Below are positions 1-10,644 of a stretch of 64,000 bases of DNA, piece after piece (position 1 is the stretch's first letter; each line of letters begins with the position of its first letter). Made by a program: the position numbers and the translations under genes. The notes beneath the pieces are model-generated. The model was not told the DNA's origin, did no database searches, and was given only the letters and a program-made list of their open reading frames with translations. This DNA comes from Comamonadaceae bacterium (GTDB taxonomy: Bacteria > Pseudomonadota > Gammaproteobacteria > Burkholderiales > Burkholderiaceae_C): NCBI GenBank assembly GCA_038145425.1, contig JAYQPP010000015.1, positions 2,471-66,470 on the forward strand, in the 5' to 3' direction.

Positions 1-1
1 C

Positions 2-964
2 GACAAGGTCCAGGGTTTCACGGGCACGATTTCGGACCTGGGTGGGCCCACCGCGAACATGTACCGCCTGGGCTGCCGCAGCCCTGAAATTGAAGCGGCC
101 TGTCGCCGGCCTAGTTGCGTCTACCCAGGCATCTGCAGCAATCTGGGTACAGACCATCGGCCGCTGATTGACATTTACCGTCGTGCCCGTGGCCTCAAGG
201 GCATCAAGAAGATTCTGATTGGTTCAGGTGTTCGCTATGACCTCGCCGTGCAAAGCCCTGAGTACGTGAAAGAACTGGTGCAGCACCACGTCGGCGGCTA
301 CCTGAAGATCGCGCCCGAGCACACTGAAGACGGGCCGCTGTCCAAAATGATGAAGCCTGGCATTGGCAGCTACAACCGTTTCAAATCCTTGTTTGACCAG
401 TTCAGTCGGGAAGCGGGAAAAAAGCAGTACCTGATTCCGTATTTCATCGCGGCGCACCCCGGTACGACGGACCAGGACATGATGCACCTGGCGCTTTGGC
501 TGAAGAAAAATGGCTTTCGCGCCGACCAGGTTCAAACCTTTTACCCCAGCCCGATGGCCACGGCAACGGCGATGTACCACACCGGCCGAAATCCGCTGCG
601 AGGTGTGCGCCGGGCGATTGAGTCCGCTGAAGACGCCGTTGACGTCGTTCGTGGCGAGAAACGCCGGCGCTTGCACAAGGCGTTTTTGCGCTATCACGAC
701 GCCAACAACTGGCCCTTGTTGCGGCAGGCCTTGAAGGACATGGGTCGCGCCGACTTGATTGGTAACGGCAAGCATCACCTGATTCCGACCTGGCAGCCTT
801 CCTCAGACGGCGCTTACCAAAGTGCACGCAAGAAGAATTCCACGCCAGCGCGCTCGGCACCTGGCACGGGCTCGCGTGGGCAGGGGCGTGTGTTGACGCA
901 ACACACGGGCTTGCCGCCGCGCGAGACCGGCTCGGCCAAGCCTCGGCGGCGAGGTTCTCCCTGA
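2..964 (+). CDS. ygiQ: YgiQ family radical SAM protein, 5'-truncated at window edge
   Basis: Frame is open from position 2 ([21 protein letters not shown]). Typical motifs [36 protein letters not shown] and [10 protein letters not shown]. Confidence 0.9.
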   Translation, partial: DKVQGFTGTISDLGGPTANMYRLGCRSPEIEAACRRPSCVYPGICSNLGTDHRPLIDIYRRARGLKGIKKILIGSGVRYDLAVQSPEYVKELVQHHVGGYLKIAPEHTEDGPLSKMMKPGIGSYNRFKSLFDQFSREAGKKQYLIPYFIAAHPGTTDQDMMHLALWLKKNGFRADQVQTFYPSPMATATAMYHTGRNPLRGVRRAIESAEDAVDVVRGEKRRRLHKAFLRYHDANNWPLLRQALKDMGRADLIGNGKHHLIPTWQPSSDGAYQSARKKNSTPARSAPGTGSRGQGRVLTQHTGLPPRETGSAKPRRRGSP

Positions 965-967
965 GCG

Positions 968-2269
968 ATGACCTCGGCCTTGTCTGAGTCCGTGACAGAC
1001 TGGCGTACGCCCCTGCCGCTGGCCTGCGGATTGGTTTTAAAAAATCGCTTTTGTAAGGCGGCCATGACCGAAGGCCTGGCCGATGCGCGTGGGCGAGTCG
1101 GCCCCCGGCATCTCCAGCTGTATGAGGCCTGGGCGCGCGGTGGCGCAGCCATGCTGATCACGGGCAACATCATGGTGGACCGGCGTTTTTTGGAGCGCGC
1201 GGGCAATGTGGTCGTCGAGGATGAGGCCCAGCTGCCCATGCTCCGGGCCTGGGTCGGCGTGGTGCACCAGTATGAATCGCAGCTGTGGGCGCAGATCAGT
1301 CATCCTGGGCGTCAATGCCCGAGGTTGGTGGCGCTTGAGCCGATGGCGCCATCGGCGATTCAGCTGAACGTCGCTGGCAATTTTGGTAAGCCGCGTGTCA
1401 TGCAGCAGGCCGACATTGACAACGTGATCCAGCGTTTTGCCAGCACGGCTGGGGTCTTGAAGAAAGCCGGTTTTGATGGCGTGCAAATCCATGCCGCGCA
1501 CGGCTACTTGCTCTCGCAGTTCCTCTCCAAGCGGACCAATCAGCGCGACGACACCTGGGGTGGCGATCTGGCAGGCCGCGCCCGACTGCTGCTGCAGGTG
1601 GTGCGTGCTGTTCGTCGGGCCATTGGTCACAGCATGGGCCTGTCTGTCAAGATTAATTCCTCGGATTTTGTACAGGGCGGCTTTACCCTGGACGAGTGCG
1701 CACAGGTGGTTCGATGGTTGGGCGAGGAGGGCGTTGATCTGCTGGAGCTGTCTGGGGGCACTTACGAGCAGGTTGCATTTTTTCAGACGCTGGATGTGCG
1801 GGAGGTGCGTGACAGCACCCGGCGGCGTGAGGCCCTGTTCCTGGCGTATGCGCAGGCCATTCGTGCGCACCTTCGTATGCCGCTGATGGTCACAGGTGGT
1901 TTTCGCAGCCGTGAGGGGATGTTGTCGGCGTTGGCCGACGGTGAGACCGATGTGTTGGGCCTGGCCCGGCCCTTTTGTCTGGACCCAGCGCTTCCCCGAC
2001 ATTTGATGTCGGGCGAGATCGACCGCCTGCCTCTGGCTGAGGCTGGACTGGCGCTCGGACGAGGCCATCGTGGCCCGAACAGCGCGTCTGCGCATTGGCG
2101 TGGCCTCAATGATCAGGCCCATGCGGCCTGGTATTACCGACAGATTGAACGGCTCGCCAAGGGGCAGCTCGCGCAGCCCGAACTGTCTCCCTTGCGGGCG
2201 CTGATTCTGCATTTTGGCAATGACTTTTTGCGCGCGTTGCTACGTCGCTGGGTTATGGCGATAAGCTGA
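968..2269 (+). CDS. NADH:flavin oxidoreductase (Old Yellow Enzyme family)
   Basis: LKNRFCKAAMTE, GFDGVQIHAAHGYLLSQFLS, NQRDDTWGG and LELSGGTYE motifs. Confidence 0.9.
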   Translation: MTSALSESVTDWRTPLPLACGLVLKNRFCKAAMTEGLADARGRVGPRHLQLYEAWARGGAAMLITGNIMVDRRFLERAGNVVVEDEAQLPMLRAWVGVVHQYESQLWAQISHPGRQCPRLVALEPMAPSAIQLNVAGNFGKPRVMQQADIDNVIQRFASTAGVLKKAGFDGVQIHAAHGYLLSQFLSKRTNQRDDTWGGDLAGRARLLLQVVRAVRRAIGHSMGLSVKINSSDFVQGGFTLDECAQVVRWLGEEGVDLLELSGGTYEQVAFFQTLDVREVRDSTRRREALFLAYAQAIRAHLRMPLMVTGGFRSREGMLSALADGETDVLGLARPFCLDPALPRHLMSGEIDRLPLAEAGLALGRGHRGPNSASAHWRGLNDQAHAAWYYRQIERLAKGQLAQPELSPLRALILHFGNDFLRALLRRWVMAIS

Positions 2270-2347
2270 TTTTTTAGAATCAAGCGGTGCATGCCTGTTT
2301 GCACAACAGTGCGCTGTTTGGAATTTTTTTAAGAGAGGCTTGAGTCT

Positions 2348-3478
2348 GTGACAAATTTAGGAGATTGGGTGTTGCGTCTGACAGGCGGCGACACCAACCT
2401 GGCCTTGGCGCTGCAGGTGTTCTTGGTGGTCCTCGCGGTGGTTGTGACCAACTATGTGCTGCGCCGTGTGTTGAAGAAACTGGAGAGTCGCACCCGCGAC
2501 ACCGACACCCCTTGGGACGATGCGCTGATTACGGCGGCCCGAAAGCCGCTGACGCTGTTAGCCTGGGTCGTGGGGCTGGCTTTTGCGGCACAGGTGGTTG
2601 AGTCAGAGACGCAGGTGGCTATTTTTCAGGCGGTCCCGACGGTGCGCACGGTGGGCATCATCGCGTGCATCACCTGGTTTCTGACGCGTTTTATTGACAA
2701 TGTTCAGTCCAGCGTTCTGCGGCTGCGCCAAGCCCGTGGCGAGCCCGTGGACAAGACCACGGTCGATGCGATCGCCAAGCTGCTGCGCATTTCAGTCATC
2801 ATCACCAGCGTCCTGGTGGGCTTGCAGACGCTGGGGATTTCCATCTCTGGTGTGCTCGCTTTTGGCGGTATCGGCGGTATTGCAGTGGGCTTTGCGGCCA
2901 AAGACCTGCTTGCTAACTTTTTTGGTGGACTCATGATTTACCTGGACCGGCCTTTTTCTGTCGGCGACTGGGTGCGATCGCCAGACAAGCAAATCGAGGG
3001 CACGGTGGAAGAAATTGGCTGGCGCCTGACGCGCATTCGCACCTTTGATCAGCGTCCGTTGTACGTGCCCAATGCGATCTTCACCCAGATTGCCGTGGAA
3101 AACCCGTCTCGTATGACGCATCGCCGGATTTACGAGACGGTGGGCGTGCGCTACGACGATATGGCTGGCGTGGAGGCCATCGTGCGTGACATCCGGGCCT
3201 ATTTAGTCGGCCATCCTGATATCGATACAGCACAAACCATGATCGTCAACTTGGTCAGCTTCTCGGCCTCGTCGGTGGACATCATGATTTACACGTTGAC
3301 CAAGACGACGGTCTGGGTTGAATTCCATGCGATCAAGCAGCAAGTGCTGCTGGCCGTGGCCGATATCGTGGCGCGTCACGGCGCGGAAATTGCCTACCCG
3401 ACACGAACCCTGCACATCAGCCCGACGGTTGCCGCGCCCGAGTCAGGCGGCGCCGGTTCGGAGGTTCAGCCCCGCTGA
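2348..3478 (+). CDS. MscS family small-conductance mechanosensitive channel
   Basis: TM helices, GGIGGIAVGFAAKDLLANFFGG, DRPFSVGDWV, GTVEEIGWRLTRIRTFD and EIAYPTRTL. Confidence 0.92.
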   Translation: MTNLGDWVLRLTGGDTNLALALQVFLVVLAVVVTNYVLRRVLKKLESRTRDTDTPWDDALITAARKPLTLLAWVVGLAFAAQVVESETQVAIFQAVPTVRTVGIIACITWFLTRFIDNVQSSVLRLRQARGEPVDKTTVDAIAKLLRISVIITSVLVGLQTLGISISGVLAFGGIGGIAVGFAAKDLLANFFGGLMIYLDRPFSVGDWVRSPDKQIEGTVEEIGWRLTRIRTFDQRPLYVPNAIFTQIAVENPSRMTHRRIYETVGVRYDDMAGVEAIVRDIRAYLVGHPDIDTAQTMIVNLVSFSASSVDIMIYTLTKTTVWVEFHAIKQQVLLAVADIVARHGAEIAYPTRTLHISPTVAAPESGGAGSEVQPR

Positions 3479-3536
3479 GGCTTATCCCAGACCTGCACCG
3501 GGTCGCCGCCTGGGCGGGGTGTTGCTGTTGGCGTAT

Positions 3537-4307
3537 TTACTGGGCAGCCCAGCCGCCGTCCATGTTCCAGGCCGCGCCTCTGACATTGCTGGCAGCGCTC
3601 GAGCAGAAAAACACCGCCAGCGCGCCGAGTTCCTCGGGTGTGGTGAACTGCAGTGACGGTTCTTTTTCGCTGAGCAGTTGCTTGGTGGCTTCGGCGTTGG
3701 AAATACCTTGCGCCGCAGCCTTGGCGTCGACCTGTTTCTGAACAAGCGGCGTCAGCACCCATCCGGGGCAGATGGCGTTGCATGTCACGCCCGAGGTTGC
3801 GTTCTCCAGCGCGATCACCTTGGTAAGGCCCACGATGCCGTGCTTGGCCGCCACGTAAGCCGATTTCTCCGCGGACGCAACCAGGCCGTGCACGGAGGCG
3901 ACATTAATGATGCGGCCCCAGCCAGCGGATTGCATGGCGGGCAGGGCGAGACGGCTGGCATGAAAGGCACTGCTCAGGTTGATGGCAATCACCGCGTCCC
4001 AACGCTCAGGCGCGAATTTTTCGACGCGGGCGACGTGTTGAATACCCGCGTTGTTGACCAGAATGTCGACACGGCCGAATTCCTGGGCTGCATAGGCCAT
4101 CATGGCCTCAATCTCCGCAGGTTTGCTCATGTCCGCCCCGTTGTAGCCCGCCTTGACCCCGAGCGCCAGAATTTCAGCGCGGGGCCCATCCACATCGCCA
4201 AAGCCGTTGAGCACAATGTTGGCGCCCTGAGCGGCCAATGCTTTTGCAATTCCCAGACCGATGCCACTTGTGGAGCCGGTCACTAATGCAGTTTTACCCT
4301 TTAGCAT
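3537..4307 (-). CDS. bdhA: D-3-hydroxybutyrate dehydrogenase (SDR)
   Basis: MLKGKTALVTGSTSGIGLGIA, NNAGIQHV, SVHGLVAS, YVAAKHG and CPGWVLTPLV. ATG at 4307 is preceded by GAGGGAAAC. Confidence 0.92.
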   Translation of the reverse strand: MLKGKTALVTGSTSGIGLGIAKALAAQGANIVLNGFGDVDGPRAEILALGVKAGYNGADMSKPAEIEAMMAYAAQEFGRVDILVNNAGIQHVARVEKFAPERWDAVIAINLSSAFHASRLALPAMQSAGWGRIINVASVHGLVASAEKSAYVAAKHGIVGLTKVIALENATSGVTCNAICPGWVLTPLVQKQVDAKAAAQGISNAEATKQLLSEKEPSLQFTTPEELGALAVFFCSSAASNVRGAAWNMDGGWAAQ

Positions 4308-4443
4308 GTTTCCCTCGATGTCTGTCATGTTTGCCAGCGCCGCTCATCCAAAGAACGGGTGATGTTTGAATTACGATGATGCTTCTGGCGCTGCTTGGCG
4401 GCTGCGCCGCTTTGAAGCCTTGGAATTATCGAGTCAGATTGTC

Positions 4444-5340
4444 ATGGACGAGCCAGTTTTGAAATTTGTGGATTGCCCGGGCGCGAGTGTCCCGCACCGG
4501 ATGGCTTACTGGCAATGGGGCGATCCGGCTTGTGGACGTATCGTGCTGTGTGTGCACGGCTTGACGCGGCAGGGGCGGGACTTCGACACCCTGGCCCGGG
4601 CGTTAATGGACTCAGCGGCCGATGACTTGTGCGTGGTCTGTCCGGATGTCGCTGGCCGTGGTCACAGCGAATGGTTGAAGGCGTCACAGGACTACCAGAT
4701 CGCGGTTTATGCGGCCGACATGATGGCTTTGGTGAACCAACTCCAGCCGTGTCAACTGGACTGGGTCGGCACCAGCATGGGGGGGCTGATTGGCATCGTC
4801 ATTGCGGGGCAGCCCTCGGTGCTGGGGAAAGTCGGCATTCGTCGTCTGGTCCTCAACGACGTCGGGCCCAGTCTGGAATGGGCTGCGCTGCAACGTATCG
4901 GTCAGTATGTGGGCAGGCCGGCTGTTTACGACTCAGCCGAACAAGCCGCTGCCGCGCTGTGGCAGATCGCGCAGGGCTTTGGGCCGCACACCCCCGAGCA
5001 ATGGCTAGCCCTGACCTTGCCCAATCTGCGCCCTTTGTCTGATGGCAGTGGACGCCTGAAATTGCATTACGACCCCGCCTTGGGCGAGCCGTTTCGAGCG
5101 AGCACGCCCGAGGACGTTGCCCGGGGAGAGGCCATGCTTTGGCAACTCTATGACCAGATCCAGGCACAGACGCTTCTGATTCGCGGCGCAGAGTCGGATC
5201 TTTTGTCGCATCAAACCGCCGAGGCCATGACCCGACGCGGACCGTGCGCGCGACTGGTGGAATTTGCCGGCGTCGGTCACGCGCCGACTTTCGTTGCACC
5301 CGAGCAGTCGGGTGTGGTGGTGGACTTTCTCTTGGCGTGA
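4444..5340 (+). CDS. Alpha/beta hydrolase, probable intracellular 3-hydroxybutyrate-oligomer hydrolase (PhaZc/PhaY2-like)
   Basis: CVHGLTRQGRDF, GTSMGG nucleophile elbow, LNDVGP and GVGHAP. Divergent from bdhA. Start chosen at ATG 4444; the ORF is open from 4366. Confidence 0.75.
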   Translation: MDEPVLKFVDCPGASVPHRMAYWQWGDPACGRIVLCVHGLTRQGRDFDTLARALMDSAADDLCVVCPDVAGRGHSEWLKASQDYQIAVYAADMMALVNQLQPCQLDWVGTSMGGLIGIVIAGQPSVLGKVGIRRLVLNDVGPSLEWAALQRIGQYVGRPAVYDSAEQAAAALWQIAQGFGPHTPEQWLALTLPNLRPLSDGSGRLKLHYDPALGEPFRASTPEDVARGEAMLWQLYDQIQAQTLLIRGAESDLLSHQTAEAMTRRGPCARLVEFAGVGHAPTFVAPEQSGVVVDFLLA

Positions 5341-5346
5341 GCCCGA

Positions 5347-7581
5347 TTGCCAGTTGTGAAAAGCCATATCCTAGACAACATGATCACTGAGGCGGCGCAG
5401 CAGCGTCCTGTCATGGTGTTGACCTCCGGTGCCTTTGGCGACGAGGCTGACGCCTTGGCGCGCGCGCGTGCCTTTGCGCAGCCGCTGTTGGTGGGAGAGC
5501 TGCTAGAGACCGGTGAGTCCGTGATGGAGCACGCGGACGCGGTGGCTTTGATCCTGCGGGGTATCGGGGGCTCGCAGGCCATGCAGGCAGCCACCTATCT
5601 GGTTTATGCCTTCAGTCACCTGAACAAGCCCATGGAGGTGATCAGCAAGTCCTTTGGTGCCAACTTCGCCGCGCTGGCTATGGAGACCACCAAGCTGGTG
5701 CGTGTACAGCGTAGCGCTTTGGAGGCGCGTACCGCTGCGCAGCTTGACGCCAATGCCAATCCGCAGCTCGCGGCGTCGCAGGTTGAGAACGTGCGCAAGA
5801 TGTTGCTGGCTTTTTCCCGTGACATGCGCGTGGTGATGCTGCGCCTGGCCTCGCGTCTGCAGACCCTGCGTTTCTTCGCGGCCAAAAAAGTGACGCCACC
5901 TAGCGGTGTGGCCCTGGAAGCCTTGCAGGTTTTCGCCCCGCTTGCCAGCCGCCTGGGCATCTGGGAAATCAAGTGGGAGCTCGAGGACCTCGCTTTTCGC
6001 TTTCTGGAGCCCGACACCTATCGGCAGGTCGCGGGTTGGCTCGATGAGAAAAGAACCGAGCGCGAGGCTTCCGTGGAGCGGCTACGACTGCGGCTTGAGC
6101 GCGATTTGCTCGCGACGGGCGTCCAGGCACAGGTATCTGGTCGGCCCAAGCACATCTACAGCATCGTCAAAAAAATGCGCGGCAAGGCGCTGGATTTTCA
6201 GCAGGTTCATGATTTGCGGGCGCTACGCGTCATCGTGAGTACCGTGCCTGAGTGTTACGCCACCTTGAGCTGGGTGCACAGCCATTTTGACGCTGTGGCA
6301 GGTGAGTTTGACGACTACATTGCCAAGCCTAAGGTCAACGGCTATCAATCCTTGCACACCGTGGTGCGTGACGACCTGGGCAAAAGCGTCGAAGTTCAGA
6401 TCCGTACCCGCTCCATGCATGATCACGCTGAAAACGGCGTGGCGGCCCACTGGGTGTACAAAGAGGCCGGCCAGAAAGGTTATACCGGCGTGGCGGCAAG
6501 CGGTGCGTACGAGGCCAAGATCGCTGTGTTGCGTCAGTTGCTGGCATGGGAGCGAGACCTCAGTGGCGCTCAGAACAAGGCGGTGTTTGATGACCGTATC
6601 TATGTGCTGACGCCCGAAGCCGCAGTGGTTGAACTGCCGCGCGGCGCCACTGCCGTTGACTTTGCGTACTCGGTGCATACCGATTTGGGACATCGTTGTC
6701 GTGGCGCGCGGGTCGACGGTGCGATGGTGTCGCTTAACACGCCCTTGCAAAACGGACAGACCGTCGAAATTGTTGCGGCCAAGGAGGGCGGTCCCTCGCG
6801 GGACTGGCTTAATCCAGAGCTAGGTTTTCTGGCCAGCCATCGTGCCAAGGCTAAGGTACGAGCCTGGTTCAACGCGCAGGCCTTGAGTCAGACCGTTGCG
6901 AAAGGGCGCGAGGCGGTGGAGCGCCTCTTGCAGCGCGAAGGCAAGACGGCCTGGAAGTTCGACGACCTGGCCTCGGAGCTGGGCTTTGCCAGCGCTGAAT
7001 CTTTGTTTGAAGACGTTGGCAAGGACGAGTTTTCGCTGCGCCGAATCGAGTTGCTCATCAGTCCGCCTGCACAGGCGCCACAGGATGTGGCGCCTGTGCT
7101 GCGGCGCGCCCGATCCGGCAAAAACGGATTGCAAAGCGGTGTTTTGGTCGAGGGTGAACACGCCCTGATGACGCAGCTGGCCAAATGCTGCCGACCAGCG
7201 CCACCCGATGCGATCGTGGGTTTTGTGTCGCGCTCAAGTGGCGTGTCGGTGCACCGGTCGGACTGCAGTAATGTGAAAGAAATGCTGCGCCGAAACAGTC
7301 AGCGTCGTATCGAGGTGGCCTGGGGCGTGAACCAGTCGCTAGATGCGGCGGCGTATCCGGTTGACGTGATGGTGCAGGCACATGATCGCCAGGGTTTGCT
7401 GCGGGATATCTCTGAAGTCTTTACCAAAGAAAAGATGAACGTGGTGGGCGTTCAGACGCACAGCGACAAAGGCCTGGCCTGGATGACCTTTACCGTCGAA
7501 GTTCCTGAGGCTGGCCATCTGTATCGTGTCTTGGGTCAGGTGTCTGAGTTGTCGGGTGTGCGTGCGGTGCGCAGAAAGTAG
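5347..7581 (+). CDS. relA: (p)ppGpp synthetase RelA (degenerate HD domain, SYN, TGS, ACT)
   Basis: APLASRLGIWEIKWELEDL, GRPKHIYSI, EFDDYIAKPKVNGYQSLHT, TGS DFAYSVHTDLGH and ACT DRQGLLRDI. No intact HDxxED hydrolase motif. GTG 5356 is an alternative start. Confidence 0.92.
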   Translation: MPVVKSHILDNMITEAAQQRPVMVLTSGAFGDEADALARARAFAQPLLVGELLETGESVMEHADAVALILRGIGGSQAMQAATYLVYAFSHLNKPMEVISKSFGANFAALAMETTKLVRVQRSALEARTAAQLDANANPQLAASQVENVRKMLLAFSRDMRVVMLRLASRLQTLRFFAAKKVTPPSGVALEALQVFAPLASRLGIWEIKWELEDLAFRFLEPDTYRQVAGWLDEKRTEREASVERLRLRLERDLLATGVQAQVSGRPKHIYSIVKKMRGKALDFQQVHDLRALRVIVSTVPECYATLSWVHSHFDAVAGEFDDYIAKPKVNGYQSLHTVVRDDLGKSVEVQIRTRSMHDHAENGVAAHWVYKEAGQKGYTGVAASGAYEAKIAVLRQLLAWERDLSGAQNKAVFDDRIYVLTPEAAVVELPRGATAVDFAYSVHTDLGHRCRGARVDGAMVSLNTPLQNGQTVEIVAAKEGGPSRDWLNPELGFLASHRAKAKVRAWFNAQALSQTVAKGREAVERLLQREGKTAWKFDDLASELGFASAESLFEDVGKDEFSLRRIELLISPPAQAPQDVAPVLRRARSGKNGLQSGVLVEGEHALMTQLAKCCRPAPPDAIVGFVSRSSGVSVHRSDCSNVKEMLRRNSQRRIEVAWGVNQSLDAAAYPVDVMVQAHDRQGLLRDISEVFTKEKMNVVGVQTHSDKGLAWMTFTVEVPEAGHLYRVLGQVSELSGVRAVRRK

Positions 7582-7589
7582 CTGCCCTG

Positions 7590-9041
7590 GTGAGCACGCC
7601 CACGCCCAGCCTCCTGTGGCACGACTATGAGACCTTTGGCGCGAATCCGCGCTACGACCGGCCCGCGCAATTTGCTGCGATTCGAACGGACCTGGCGCTC
7701 AACCCGATCGGTGAGCCGATCTCGCTGTATTGCAGGCCGGCCAATGACTATCTGCCTGACCCGCAGGCCTGCCTGATCACCGGCATCACACCGCAGCTTT
7801 GCCTCGAAAAAGGCGTGGCCGAGCATGAGTTTGCCCGCCATATTGAATCGGCGCTGGCTCAGGCTGGCACTGTGGGCGTGGGATACAACACGATTCGCTT
7901 TGACGATGAAATCACCCGTTTCATGTTTTGGCGCAACCTGCTGGACCCCTACGCGCGGGAGTGGCAGAACGCTTGCGGTCGCTGGGACCTGCTCGACGTG
8001 GTGCGCGCGGCGCATGCGCTCAGACCTGAAGGATTGACGTGGCCCCAGAACGATCAGGGTAGGGCCAGTTTCAAACTTGGCGACCTGACGGCGGCCAATG
8101 GCTTGCCACATGAAAGTGCCCATGACGCCATGAGCGACGTCAAGGCTACGCTGGCCTTGGCCCGTTTGATCCGTCAACGTCAGCCGCGTCTGTTTGACTT
8201 TTGCTATGCCCTGCACAGCAAGCAGCGTGTGGCGCAGGAACTGGGCTTGCCGACAAGCCCTGGGGACGCGCGGCCGTTTTTTCATGTGTCGGGTATGTTT
8301 TCGGTTGAGCATGGTTGCATGGCTCTGATGTGGCCGCTGGCGATGCACCCGGTTAATCGCAACGAGCTTCTGGCCTGGGATTTGCGCTTTGACCCAAGCG
8401 AACTGGCAGACCTGAATGCTGAGCACATCAGATCTCGATTGTTTAACAGGCAGGCGGACCTGCCCGAAGGCGTGGCCAGGTTGCCGGTGAAGTCGGTGCA
8501 TCTGAACCGCTCGCCCATGGTTTTCTCCAATCTCAAGGTTTTGAATCCGGCGATGGCTAAACGCTGGCAAATTGACGTGGAACAACATCTCAGGCATGCC
8601 GCTGTTGCCAGAGATCTACCCGATATGAGCGCGATTTGGTCCCAGGTTTATGCGCGTGATGACGCTGCGCTGGTGGAGGATGTGGACCAGGACCTGTACG
8701 GGGGGTTTTTGAACAACGCGGACCGGCGGCGCTTGAACGACTTGCGCGCCTTGGCGCCGAGCGAGCTGGCGCGGGCAAAAATGGCTTTCGATGATCAACG
8801 ACTTGATGAACTGGTCTGGCGCTACCGGGCCCGCAATTTCCCGCAGTCGCTCAGCCCGGATGAAATGCAGCGCTGGGACCAGGAACGCGCCGAGCGCCTG
8901 ATTGACGGGGCTCAGGGCGCGCGCAGTGTTGACCAGCTCTTCGACATGCTCGACACCCTGGCTGAGTCGGTGGACCACAGGGGTCAGGTCATTCTGGACG
9001 ACATTTACGCTTACGCCGAGATGGTGGTGCCGGAGCGCTGA
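7590..9041 (+). CDS. sbcB: Exodeoxyribonuclease I
   Basis: WHDYETFG, DRPAQFAAIRTD, GYNTIRFDDE, RWDLLDVVR, HDAMSDV and DVDQDLYGGF. Confidence 0.93.
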   Translation: MSTPTPSLLWHDYETFGANPRYDRPAQFAAIRTDLALNPIGEPISLYCRPANDYLPDPQACLITGITPQLCLEKGVAEHEFARHIESALAQAGTVGVGYNTIRFDDEITRFMFWRNLLDPYAREWQNACGRWDLLDVVRAAHALRPEGLTWPQNDQGRASFKLGDLTAANGLPHESAHDAMSDVKATLALARLIRQRQPRLFDFCYALHSKQRVAQELGLPTSPGDARPFFHVSGMFSVEHGCMALMWPLAMHPVNRNELLAWDLRFDPSELADLNAEHIRSRLFNRQADLPEGVARLPVKSVHLNRSPMVFSNLKVLNPAMAKRWQIDVEQHLRHAAVARDLPDMSAIWSQVYARDDAALVEDVDQDLYGGFLNNADRRRLNDLRALAPSELARAKMAFDDQRLDELVWRYRARNFPQSLSPDEMQRWDQERAERLIDGAQGARSVDQLFDMLDTLAESVDHRGQVILDDIYAYAEMVVPER

Positions 9042-9047
9042 GTATGC

Positions 9048-9692
9048 TTAGCGGGTGCCAAAAATCCGGTCGCCCGCATCCCCAAGCCCCGGTAGGATGT
9101 AGCCATGGTCGTTGAGTTGACGGTCAATGGCTGCGGTAAAAAGCATCACGTCTGGGTGGCTCTGGCGCAGCGCTTTGATGCCCTCCGGGCAGGTCAGCAG
9201 GCAGACAAATTTGATCGATCTCGGCTTTAAGGCCTTGATGCGCGCGATGGCGGCGATTGCCGAGTTCCCGGTGGCCAGCATGGGGTCGACCACGACCACG
9301 TCGCGCTCAGGCATGTCTTTGGGCATTTTGAAGTAGTACTCGACCGCCTGCAGGGTGTTGGGGTCGCGGTACAGGCCAATATGGCCGACGCGAGCGCCCG
9401 GTATCACGCTGAGCATGCCATCCAGAATGCCAGTGCCTGCGCGCAAAATTGACACCAGCACCAGTTTTTTGCCGTCGATCATGCTCGCTGCCATGGGCTC
9501 CAGTGGCGTCTCGATGTTGACAGTTTGCACCGGCATGTCGCGCAGGATTTCATAGGCCATCAGCATCGACAGCTCATTGAGCAGGGTTCGAAATTGTGAG
9601 CTGCTGGTCTCGCGGCGACGCATCAGCGACAGCTTGTGCTGTACCAGGGGGTGATCAATGACGTGAACCATGGAATCGTTCGCACTGGGCAT
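9048..9692 (-). CDS. upp: Uracil phosphoribosyltransferase
   Basis: [28 protein letters not shown] and [26 protein letters not shown]. Confidence 0.96.
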   Translation of the reverse strand: MPSANDSMVHVIDHPLVQHKLSLMRRRETSSSQFRTLLNELSMLMAYEILRDMPVQTVNIETPLEPMAASMIDGKKLVLVSILRAGTGILDGMLSVIPGARVGHIGLYRDPNTLQAVEYYFKMPKDMPERDVVVVDPMLATGNSAIAAIARIKALKPRSIKFVCLLTCPEGIKALRQSHPDVMLFTAAIDRQLNDHGYILPGLGDAGDRIFGTR

Positions 9693-9912
9693 GGTGCTAT
9701 CTCCTCGTTGCTACAGCCATGTTACGTTGCTGGCGGATACCTGGCCCAAGCCCTGCCCTGCGCACGGTTGTGGGTGGGCCGCTGGGTATGCGCCTGCGTC
9801 TAGCAAAAGTCGATTGGTCTGCCCGCAAGGAGGTGGGTCCTGAGTGCCGTCCGTGAGGGTGGCGCAATCTACAATCCACCCGCACCAAAACCACAGTTTC
9901 AAGGGATACGTC

Positions 9913-10644
9913 GTGGCAGGACACAGCAAATGGGCCAACATCCAGCACCGCAAAGGGCGGCAGGATGAAAAACGAGGCAAGATCTGGACCCGGATTATTC
10001 GGGAGATCACGGTGGCGGCCCGGGCCGGTGGCGCAGATCTGAGCGCTAATCCCAGGCTGCGCCTGGCCATCGACAAGGCCAAGGCCGCCAACATGCCGGC
10101 TGATCGCATCAAATACAACATTGACAAGGCCACAGGCAATGCCGAGGGCCTGACCTACGAAGAAATTCGTTACGAAGGTTATGGCATCGGTGGCGCGGCC
10201 ATCATTGTGGACACCATGACGGATAACCGGGTTCGCACGGTGGCCGAAGTGCGCCACGCGTTTGCCAAGCACGGCGGCAATATGGGCACTGAGGGCTCAG
10301 TGGCCTTCCAATTCAGGCATTGTGGCCAGATCATTTTTGCGCCAGGCGCCAATGAGGAGCGCATTCTTGAAGTTGCGCTTGAGGCTGGCGCTGATGATGT
10401 GATCTCTGATGATGACGGTGTTGTCGAGGTCATTACCTCGGTGTCGGATTTCGAGACTGTTCGCGATGCTTTGAAGGCAGCCGGACTGAGTGCAGACGAT
10501 GCCCAGGTCACCATGCGTGCCGAAAACCCGGTGGCGCTCAGCGGCGATGATGGTGCCCGTATGCAAAAGTTGCTTGATGTGCTCGAAGACCTTGATGACG
10601 TTCAAGAGGTCTACCACAACGCAGAGATCGAAGACGCCGCATGA
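9913..10644 (+). CDS. yebC: YebC/PmpR family protein
   Basis: GTG start giving (M)[46 protein letters not shown] and [13 protein letters not shown]. Confidence 0.95.
   Translation: MAGHSKWANIQHRKGRQDEKRGKIWTRIIREITVAARAGGADLSANPRLRLAIDKAKAANMPADRIKYNIDKATGNAEGLTYEEIRYEGYGIGGAAIIVDTMTDNRVRTVAEVRHAFAKHGGNMGTEGSVAFQFRHCGQIIFAPGANEERILEVALEAGADDVISDDDGVVEVITSVSDFETVRDALKAAGLSADDAQVTMRAENPVALSGDDGARMQKLLDVLEDLDDVQEVYHNAEIEDAA

Noticed and set aside
9693-9912. upp-yebC spacer as a riboswitch or remnant of a HerA-like helicase gene
   Set aside because: No convincing stems, and only a weak match by eye (GQTNRLLLDAGA). It is most simply a divergent promoter region.
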